Assembly (NCBI RefSeq): GCF_963921235.1 | Contig: NC_086098.1 | Location: 82,646,001 to 82,710,000 of the forward strand | Reading direction: 5' to 3' | DNA: 64,000 bases | Origin: Mobula hypostoma | Taxonomy: Eukaryota | In this document: one piece after another, positions 1-10,700 of the stretch | How positions within the stretch are numbered: position 1 is the first letter of the stretch | Layout: each line of letters begins with the position of its first letter | Position numbers and translations under genes: made by a program | Notes under the pieces: generated by a model | What the model was told of the DNA's origin: nothing | What the model saw: only the letters and a program-made list of their open reading frames with translations | Databases searched by the model: none

Positions 1-755
1 AGGTTAAATATGATGGCAGAATGTAGTATTAATGGTAAGACTTGGCAGTGTGAAGGAGCAGAGGGATCTTGGGGTCTGAGTCCATAGGACACTCAAAGCT
101 GTTGCGCAGGTTGACTGTATGGTTAAGAAGGCATATGGTGTATTGGCCTCCATCAACCATGGGGTTGAGTTCAAGAGCCGAGAGGTAATGTTACAGCTAT
201 ATAGCACCCTGGTCAGACCCCACTTGGAGTACTGTGCTCAGATCTGGTCACCTCACTACAGGAAGGTTGTGGAAACTATAGAAAGGGTGCAGAGGAGACT
301 TACAAGGATGTTGCCTGGATTGGGGAGCATGCCTTATGAGAATAGGTTGAGTGAAGCTGGCCTTTTCTCCTTGGAGCAATGGAGGATGAGAGGTGACCTG
401 ATAGAGATTGAAAAGGATGATGAGAGGCAGTGATCATGTGGATAGTCAGAGGCTTTTTCCCAGGGCTGAAATGGCTAATACGAGAGGACACAGTTTTAAA
501 GTGCTTGGAAGTGGATACAGAGATGTCGGGGTAAGTTTTTACGCACAGAGTGTTGAGTGTGTGGAATGGGCTGCCAGGGACAGTGGTGGAGGCAGAAACA
601 ACAGGGTCTTTTAAGAGAGTCTTGGATAGGTACATGACGCTTAGAAAAATAGAGTGCTATGGGTAACTCTAGGTAATTTCTAAAGTAAGTATATGTTTGG
701 AACAGCATTGTGGGCCGAAGGACCTGTATTGTGCTGTAGGTTTTCTGTTTCTATG
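1..755 (+). mobile_element. CR1-clade LINE, 3' part (RT C-terminus, 3' UTR, ttctatg tail)
   Basis: LVRPHLEYCAQ.WSP and MRGDLIE motifs; tail gggccgaagg...tttctatg; same subfamily as the young copy at ~37487-38686. Confidence 0.93.
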
Positions 756-1885
756 AGAAAACAACAAGTAGAGTGGACAAAGGAGAGGCAGTGGATGTCA
801 TTTACTTGGATTTTCAGAAGGTGTTTGATAAAGTGTCACAAATGAGGCTACTTAACAAGATAAAAACCTATGGCGTTATAGGAAAGATACTGGCAGGTAT
901 AGAGGAATGGCTGACAGGCAGGAGGCAGTGAGTGGGAATAAAGGTTGGCTGGTTGGCTGCTGGTGAGTAGTGGTGTTCCTCCAAGGTCAGTGGGACCACT
1001 ACTTTTCACACTGTTCATCAATGATTTAGATTATAGAATTGATGGCTTTGTGGAAAAGTTTGCAGATGATATGACAGGTGGAAGGGTAGGTAGTGCGGAG
1101 GAAGCAATACAATTGCAGCATGACTTACACAAATTAGAAGAATGGGCAAAAAAGTGGCAGATGGAATACAGAGTTGGGAAATGTATGATAATGGATTTTG
1201 GTAAAAGTAACAAACGTGCAGACTATTATCTAAATTGGGAGAAAATTCATAAATCAGAGGTGCAAAAGGACTTTGGAGTCCTCGTGCAAGACTCTCAGAA
1301 GATTAATTTACGGGTTGAGTCTATGGTAAAGAAGGCAAATACAATATTGGCATTTATTTCAAGGGGAATAGATTATAAAAACAAGGAGATAATGATGAGG
1401 TTTTATAAGACACTGGCCAGGCCACACTTAAGAGTATAGTCAAGAGTTTTAGGCCCCATATCTCTGAAGGTATGTATTGTCATTGGACAGTCCAGAGGAG
1501 GTTCACAAGGATGATTCCAGGAACAGAGGGGTTAACATACGAGGAGCATTTTACAGCTTTGGGCCTGTATTCATGAGAATTTGAAGAATGCGGGGATCTC
1601 AATGAAACCTACCCAACGTTGAAAAGACTAGATAAAGTGGATGTGGAGAGGATGTTTTCTATGGTGGGAGTGTCCAGAACACAACCTCAAAATTGAGAGG
1701 CGACCCTTTAGGCCAAGACTGTGGGTATATTTAAAGCAAAAATTGAGAATTTCCTGATTGGTCAGGGCATCAAAGGCTATGGCGAGAAGGCAGATGTATC
1801 AGGTTGAGTGGGATCCAGGATCAGTCATGATGGAATGGTGGGGCAGACTCAATGGGCTGAATGGCCTTACTCTGCTCCTATGTCT
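756..1885 (+). mobile_element. CR1-clade LINE fragment (RT through 3' UTR), abutting or interrupted by the 1-755 copy
   Basis: DVIYLDFQK, SGVP, FADD and RPHL motifs with frameshifts; tail ctgctcctatgtctt. Confidence 0.9.
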
Positions 1886-2704
1886 TCTGCTGCCTGACCT
1901 GATTTCCTCCAGCATTTTCTGTGTGCTACCCTGGATTTCCAGCATCTCTTGCATTTTGCATTTTATTTGGTCAGTAGGTAGTATATACATAAGATTCAGA
2001 TTCTGTACAGGTATTCATCATTACATCACTATCATGCAGTAAAGTGTAATTTAATTTTGACCTCCATCTCCATACCACTTAGCCTTTGCAGACATCCTTT
2101 CTTTGATAGAACTTCCTTTAAAACTTTTAACTACAAAATATGAGCATTATTTGGGGATAGGGTATTTGATTCACTTTTTTTTTGATCATCCCAGATAAAA
2201 AAAAGAACTAGGTTTAAATCTGTAACAGTATGAAGACTTAACCTGCCATCAGTATAAAATGAACTGGCTGACTCCTTAGTTAATTTACTGAAGTATTCAC
2301 ACGCAACACCCATGATAGGATACCTGCACTAACTTAGGACTTTCCTGTTCTATCTGACAGTACATTCATCATATTGCAGACTACTATCGCTGATGGGTTC
2401 TTTATTCCAACATTGTAAGCACTCATATCACTCCAATGTGGGAGGGTTTACTGCTTTTCGGTGTGATTTCCTAGTTCCATTTGTTTTCACGTGGTCCACA
2501 GGCTTTACATTTCAGTTAAGGTGGGCAGGACAGGTCTTTCTTCTGCACAAAAAGTAATGGTTGCCTCTGTCTATGGTGGTAGCAGTGGAGGCAAAATTCA
2601 AGAATGTTTAATGCTATTTCCAATGCACAAGTGCAAAGGAGAATGAAATAATTGTTACTCTGAATCCGATACAGCACAAAAAAATTAAAAAACCACAATA
2701 AATA

Positions 2705-3243
2705 CAGTACTGTGCAAAAGTCTTAAGCACATATATATAGCTAGGGTGCCTATGATTTTTGGACAGTATTGTATTTGGCAACGTGGAGCAGAAAGCAAGT
2801 TTGTAAATCTGGCAGGAGCAAATGATGTTGGGAATGGCAGGATGCAGCACTGTGGAAGAGATGTGGGACAGATGGAAGAGGAGTACCGGGGCAGGGGGTG
2901 ACACAAATGCAGACACACCCAGCTCTGAGACACTGTGCAAGGTCATTGGATTCCAGACAATTGGTTTACTGATCATTACAGAATGTCTCTCTGGTGCTTC
3001 CCGCTCCCTCCCCACTCCCTTCCCTTTTTCCCAACCATGATTCCCTCCTCCCTGCCCAGTTCCCACTCTCAGTCCACAATTGTGAACCATTATCAGACTC
3101 AGCTTTATCATCTCTCGCAGATATCATGAAATTTATGGGTGTTTTGTAGCAATACAGTGTAATACATAAATTTACTACAATACTGTGTAAAGTCTTAGGC
3201 AGGCTAGCTCTGTATACATTGTTAAGACTTTTGTACAGTACTG
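2705..3243. mobile_element. Non-autonomous Tc1/mariner-type composite element bounded by two mini-MITEs
   Basis: TA-flanked ends cagtactgtgcaaaagtctt / aagacttttgtacagtactg. Each end (2705-2771, 3178-3243) is itself an inverted-repeat unit. Confidence 0.75.
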
Positions 3244-3253
3244 TATAAACATG

Positions 3254-3420
3254 CAACCTTTTACATTCCATGCATCAATTTTTTCACACACAAGTTCAGA
3301 TGCGATTTTTCCACGCACGAGTTGTTACAAGAATTGAAAGGGGGTACAAGAGTTGTATGGCATATCTGAACTCATGAGTGAAAAAATTGACGCATGGAAT
3401 GTAAAAGGTTGGCCACCCCA
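3254..3420. mobile_element. hAT/Charlie-like palindromic MITE
   Basis: ~47-bp inverted arms (caaccttttacattccatgcatcaattttttcac / gtgaaaaaattgacgcatggaatgtaaaaggttg). Right end ggttggccacccc resembles a Charlie-type terminus; left terminus eroded. Confidence 0.65.
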
Positions 3421-4194
3421 ATCTAGATTGATTAATTGTATGTCCATAAAGTGACACTAAGGACAGATGTGTCTGTACTAAAGTGATTCTAACAAGAAAT
3501 GGTAAAGTAGTGGTGGTGTGGGGTGTTGGGGGGGGGGTGTATGACTGCCTGGGAAAGTAACCATTTTAGAGTCTGGTGGTCATAGCATGGATGCTAAGTA
3601 GCCTCTTCCCTGATGGGAGAGGGATAAACAGTCCATGAGCTGGGTGGGTGGGATCCTTCAAGATGTTACTGGCCCTTTTCTGACACCTTTCTGTACATAT
3701 CTCCTTGATGGCAGATGGGCTGGTGCTAATGATACACTGGACCATTGTAGAGCATTATGACAGAGGAATTTAACAGGCTCTTATATAGGCACATGAGTAT
3801 GGCGAGATTGAAAGGATACGGAGTATAGGTAGAAACAATTAGATGTCATTAGTTTAATTAGTTTGGCACACCAGTGTAAGGCAAAGGGCCAATTCCTAAT
3901 ATATTATGTTCTAATCAGCCCTCTTGACCAATGCCTAGGGTTTGATGATGTTATAATAACTACAATTTTTCTTTGCAATTGTATCTCACTAAGTATAAAA
4001 ATATAATGAAGATCTGGAATTTTACTAAATAGCAACATTTACAGAACAATTAAAGAGTGATTTTTGGTTTGCTTTTGTCTTATAGGATTATAAATTTCAA
4101 TAGATTAACAATAGAGCAACACCAATAGATATGCAGAATCAAACGGATATTTTAAATCAATAACTCAAACTACCAACTTTTGTACTTCCAGGAA

Positions 4195-4200
4195 TTTATT
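4195..4200 (-). terminator. Candidate NTPCR polyadenylation signal AATAAA
   Basis: First canonical AATAAA I see on the minus strand, about 500 nt after the stop codon. Not confirmed by transcript data. Confidence 0.45.
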
Positions 4201-4707
4201 CAAGAAGATTGGATGGAGGGAGCAACCTTAATACAGTATTCAAACAAATTTCATTACCAAGACAAAAATAATTACCAGAGATACTGAAAACAAATGAACT
4301 TTCTAACATTTAGAAAATCTTCATTTTTAAATAATTTCCTGTTGAAGGACTAGCAATGCTCCCTCACAAATATATTCAGCACACTTTGAGATCCTTCACT
4401 ATACAAAAAAGCAAATGTCAACACATTCTTCTAAGTATTCAGTGCAAAATTAAACACACACATAAATCAGAGGGTAAGTAAGAATGACCACTTTTATATA
4501 CAAGAGCAAATTATCATATTATCTTGGAAACTGAAAGAGCAAGTTGAAGTATTTGAAATCCATAATCATTACTGAAGGTTGCTTTGAAAAAAAACAAAAA
4601 TATCTAAAGCATAAAACAAAACTAAGGCCCATCAACACCTGTGCTGTTTACAGAGCACATACATCGTATAATTATCACAATCCAAATCTCAGATTCTTGA
4701 TAACTCT

Positions 4708-4788
4708 TCAGTCTCCATTCAGCTTTCTGCAGTCTTGCACCGTTGCAATAATCTCTTTAACAATACTGTTCCTATTATCCTTTGTAAT
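4708..4788 (-). CDS. NTPCR: NTPCR coding exon 5 (ITKDNRNSIVKEIIATVQDCRKLNGD*)
   Basis: Acceptor ttttatttccag; TGA at 4710-4708; resembles the NTPCR C-terminus (TKENRN motif). Confidence 0.93.
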   Translation of the reverse strand: MTKDNRNSIVKEIIATVQDCRKLNGD

Positions 4789-7700
4789 CTGGAAATAAAA
4801 AATAATGTTTAGTAGTTTTTATATATATTACACTCTAAATTATTTTAAAACCTGGGAGTACATATGGAAAAGTTTGTATTAATCAAAATTTCTAGTAGTT
4901 ATGTACTCCAGTATAGAGGTATATTTGGAAAATACTTATACTTTACTGCTTATTATTCGATAGTTTCCACAATACTGAAATCTGTCAGCTTTGCTATTAA
5001 CCTACAGGAATTACAGAGAAAGAAGCACATTAGAGAGTTACCCTGTTAATCTATTGATTTCTCTGATGGCACTAACAATGTTCGTATTTCCAAATAGAAA
5101 AATAGAGGGCTATAGGTAAGCCTAGTAATTTCTAAGGTAGCAACATGTTCAGCACAACTTTGTGGGCCGAAGGGCCTGTATTGTGCTGTACGTATTCTAT
5201 GTTTCTATGAAATGTCAATATTCAAGTACTTACATTGAAGATTTTAACATCCCTTCTGCTTCTGATTTCTTCCACAAGTCCCAAAGGTTTTCCCTTAGGG
5301 ACCGGAATAGTTCCAAGTATAGTGGCACCAGTTCCATCTAGGATTTGACGTACACCCTGGATAAAGGATTGACTAAAGAGCTCCATTTTCCCTATCTCAT
5401 CTATCACATATACCTTTTTTTCTTTGTCATCTTTGCCATTAACCTACAGGAATTATAGAGAAAGAAGCACATTAGAGTGTTACCCTGTTAACCTATTGAT
5501 TTCTCTAATGGCACTAACAATGTTCATATTTCCAAATAACAATTTTTTCTAACTGTCACAACTAGTCAGTAACGTCTTCTACTTTAATCTGAATCTTCAT
5601 GAGAGTGAATTTATAAAGATTAGCTGTATTTATCATGTGCATATCAAAACATACAGTAGTGAAATGCGTCATTTGTGTCGAAGATGTACTGGGGGCAGCC
5701 TGCAAATATTGCCATGCTTCCAGCACCAACAAAACACTAACCCTAACTCATACGTCTTTGAAATGTAGGAAGAAACCAGAGCACCAGGCGGAAACCCATA
5801 CGATCGGGGAGAATGTACAAATTCCTCTACAGACGACTGATGGAATTAAACCCTGATCTTACAGCTGGCACAATAAAGTGTTAAGTGTTGCACCTCCACA
5901 TAGTTAAAGATTAAAGAGATTAGCTTTACTTATCACATGTACATTGAAACATACAGTGAAATGCGTTGTTTGGGTCAGACCAAGCATATGCTGGGGACAG
6001 CCTGCTTCTGGCATCAACACATCATGCTGATAACTTACTGTCTTTAAGTCTTTGGTATGTGGGAGGAAACCAGAGCACCCTGAGAAAACCCACGCAGTCA
6101 CAAGTAGAATGTACAAACTCCTAACAGTCAGCAACAGGAATTGAACCTTGGTCGCTGATGCTGTAAAGCATTATGCTAAGCCCTACACTACCACGCTGCC
6201 CTCTTTCCCTTCGCTGCAACTGACGATAAACAAATCCAGTAGCAGTGAATTATTCAAGATCAAAACTCACCACCTACTTTTGTGAGAAGTGGGAGAGCCA
6301 GGCACTCAAAGGATGGAATATCTACTACATATTGACCAACTCTGTACTCGCATCTTCCACTGCTCAAAGTACCCGTATCATCCCTTGGGGACAAGAAATC
6401 ACAACTTTTAAAACTGAGTAAGCACGTTACCCCTTAGAAAAAACTTCAAAGATTTGTAGAATGAAAACAATTTTACCTAGTTCTGGACAAAGTTCCTCGC
6501 TTACCAGATACTGTAACAACATCAAATCCAATTCTTCTTCCATTTTTCCTGACTTCTTCAGTATAAAATCCATCAATAGGAACCCCAGAAGATTTCAAGA
6601 CATCTATGGTTTTGTGAATTAAGGTTGTTTTACCAACACCTAATGAAACATCAAACAGCATCTTCAGGTTAAATTGAATACATAACTGGTATTAGATGTG
6701 AAGTAGACTTTGTGGATTAAGTTTAGACCATATGACATAGAACAGAATTAGGTCTGCTATGCCATTCCATCATAGCTGATTTATCAATCCTCTCAACCCC
6801 TTTCTCTATCCTTCCCCACACCCCCCTCCCCCTGTAGCCTTTGCTGCCCTGACACCCATGAGACAATCCTTGTCGGAGGATCAGAGGTAGAGTGTCAACA
6901 ACTTTAAATTCCTTCGTTTTATCATTTCCGAGTGCTTGACCTGGGCCCAGTACATAAGTACAATTATGAAGAAAGCACAGCAGCACCTCTACTTCCTTAG
7001 GAGTTTAACTCTGACAAACTTCTTTAGGTTTGTGGTGGACAGTATGTTGACTGACAACATCTACACAGAGCCTTGCCACAGGAAACCAGCATCCATCATC
7101 AGGCCATGCTCTCTTCTTGCTGCTGCCATCAGGAAGAAGGTACAGGAGCCTCTGGATTCACACCACCAGGTTTAAGAACAGTTATGACCCCTCAACTATC
7201 AGGTTCTTGAACCAAAGGGCATAACTTCACTCAATTTCACTGACCCCATCACTGAAATGTTCCACAACCTATGGACTCACTTTCAAGGACTCTTCATCTC
7301 ATGTTCTTGATAATTATCACTTATTTATTTAATTATTATTATTAGTAGTAATTCTTTCTTTTTATATTTGCAAAATGTGTTGTCTTTTGCATACCGGTTG
7401 AATGCCCAAGTTGATTTGATTATGGTTATTATTCTAATATGGATTTATTGAGTATGTCCACAAGAAAATGAATATCAGGATTGTGAATGGTGACATATAT
7501 GTACTTTGATATTAAATTCTTTTGGACTTTGAACTTTGACTAATCAAGAACCTATTAACCTAAACTTTAAATATACCCAATGACTTAACCTCCACAACTG
7601 TCTGTGGTGATGAATTCCAGATTCACCACCCTCTGGCTAAAGAAATACCTCCTCATTTGAGTTCTAAAAGGACAGCCTTCTATTCTTAGACTGTGCCCTT

Positions 7701-10700
7701 TGATCTTAAACTCCTCTCCTAAAGGAAACATCCTTTCCACATCCATTCCATAAGGTCCTTTCATTATTCAATAGGTTTCATTGAGATTTCCCCTCATTCT
7801 TCTAAAATTTTTACTGCATTTCTCATTCTTTAGTTTTTCCTCTCCCTTGGCAACATCCCCAGTCCTTGGAAAACATTGTGTACTCAATGCCATTCTATAA
7901 TTAAGTAGTTTTTTCCCCTTTTTTTCAATAACAGTGGTTTCTCCAGCACTCAATACCTTCCTTAGTGGCTCTGTGACATAAAGAATTCATCACATGAAAG
8001 CTTGTTTCCGTGAGAACACTAAATATAACACTGACACAGTTATTACAATTTCTGGTTGTGGTTTTTGAAAAGAAAAATCTCACAAATTACAAGTGGATCA
8101 TTTCCAATGAATAAAAATTAAACCTTCCTTAAAAAGGCAATAAGCTTTTACAGTCCTCCATCATACATTAAACAATAAAATAATTAGCCGAGTTTAAAAC
8201 ATCAAAGATAAACATTAGCACCATTTCAATCATAGAGCACCTTCAAAGGAAAAGGCACATCCTGTAAAATACTCTATGACTAACATTTCCCTAATTAAAA
8301 CTGAAAAGTACACTTTATTCTCCCAATTTCTCAAATAATTTACAGGATTCAAACAGCTAGCAGTGTACAAATACAGCATCAGGTTAACTAACTGCAAAAG
8401 AAATGCTTAGGTATAGATTTTCATTGATTTTTAAAAATCTTGCAGTGTATATTTTATAGTTAGATGTAAAGAAACTTACGACATTATTCACTCTCCAGAT
8501 GTTTTACTACTCTTACTAAGCTTTGCTTGCCAGTCTATTGTTTTTCTTTGGATCTGTATAAATTTTTGATTACACTTCAGTAAAGAATCATGGGACAATT
8601 ATGCAATATGTAAACAACATTTCTTTTTATTTATGATGAATAGTATCTTTTCAGGATTTTGAATATTTCTTACATATTCACTACCATGCTGTAGAAACTA
8701 TAAAATCCTGAAACAATTTTGATTAGCTAAGGAAATACATTCTCAGGGATTAGCCATATAACTGATTTCCTTACTTTTATTCCTTCAGTAATAACTTGCA
8801 CAAACAGTACACAGACACAAACTGCTGGAGGAACTCAGCATGCCAGACAGCATCTAGGAAAAGAGTACAGTCAGCGTTTCAGGCCGACATTGACTATACT
8901 CTTGTCCTAGATGCTGCCTGGCCTGCTGAGTTCATCCAGCATTTTGTGTGAGTTACTCAGATTTCCAGCAACTGCAGATTTTCTCTTGTTTATAATTGGA
9001 ATACAGTACTTTTAATAGTGAAATATCTGAAAAATATGTAATGGGACTTTTACCAAAGTTTGAGACAAGCCACATCTTCCTCACTCAAAGATGTCGCATG
9101 TTTCAAACATTGGTACTCCTGTCACCAATCGTCGCAGCGCCATCGCCTGAGTGGACAAAGTCAGAGTAGTGATCTTAAAGCTTTAGCTCTTTGAGGCTTC
9201 CGCAGAGAGAAGCTTCACTCAGAGAAAGCACAGGAAAGAAAAGCTCAAGTTTTTTTCCTTCCCTCCTTTATATCTGCTCAGCTAGGACAGTAGAGATGTC
9301 AGGCAGAATAGTAAAATGTTCCTGTTGCGGGATGTGGGAAGGCAGTGAGACCTCCAGTATCCCTAATCACTACAACTGCTGGAAGTGCAGCCAGCTGCGG
9401 CTTCTAACAAATTACATTAAGGAGCTGGAGCTGGAACTGGATGAACTGCTAATCATTCAGAAAGCTGAAGGGGTGATAGATTGGACAAATAGAGAGGCAA
9501 CTACAGCCGAGGTGCAGGACACAGAAAACTGGGTGAAGAAGCCACTGCATAGCCCCCATGACCATCCGCCTCAACAACAGGTACATTACTGTGGAAACTG
9601 TCAGGAGAGGAGAGTCACTGTGGTCGGATCTCTGGCACTAAGTCTGCCTTTGTGACCCAGCAGAGAAGCGGGGGTATAAGCACAGAGTGGTGACAGGGGA
9701 TTTGTTAGCTATGGAACAGACAGGCATGAGGTTCTGTGAGCAAGAATGAGATTCCCAGATGGTATGTTGCCTCCCAGATGCCAAGTCTGGGATATCTTGG
9801 ATTGAGTCCTCAGCATTCTTAAGTGGGAGGATGAACAGCCAGAAGTCATGCTCCACATAGCTACCAACGAGAGGGGTAGGACGAGTGACGAGGTTCTGCA
9901 TAGGAAGTTCAGGGTGCTAGGTGCTAAGTTAAAGGACAGGACCTCCAGGGTTATGATCTCAGCATTGCTACCCATGCCACGTGCTAGTGAGGCTCAAATT
10001 TAATACGTGGTTAAGGAGCTGGTGTAGGAGCGAGGGCATAAGATTTTTGGGTCACTGAGCTCTCTTCCAAGGAAGGTGGGAACTGTACAGAAGGGGCAAT
10101 TTCCACCTGAACTGAGGGAGACTAATATCCTAGCAAGGTTTATTAATGCTGCACAGTTGAGTTTAAACTAGCGTTGCAGGGGGTGGGAACCAGAGTGCCA
10201 GAACAATTAGTGGAAAGGTTGTGCAGGCAGATGTTGTTAAAACCTCAGACAAAGTTAGGAATCAAAAGGTTGAGCATGGTGTGACTCGTGTCCTGAGCTG
10301 CCTGTACTTCAATGCAGGAAATATCTTAGAAAAGGTGGATGATAGTGCTGAAGATGAGGTACACTTTGACCATTGGGACCTGAGGAGTGCCGGATTAGTG
10401 AAAATGCCGAATTACAGAAGGATCACATTAAGCATAATCGGTGCCGGATTATCAAAGGAACCGGATTACAGGTCGTCAGATTAGTGAAAGTCGACCTGTA
10501 GTTGGTTTACAAAGAGAGGCAATGTTCAGTTTGGAGAGGCTGTTGATAGGGCAAAATTGCAATCAACAAAATGAGTTGCAATGTAAAAGACGGACAAAAT
10601 CGAAAAGGGTGAATACAGGACTGATGGTGATGTATCTGAATGCACGCAGTATTTTAAAAAAAGGTAGATGAACTTGCAGCACAGATACAGATCGGCAGGT

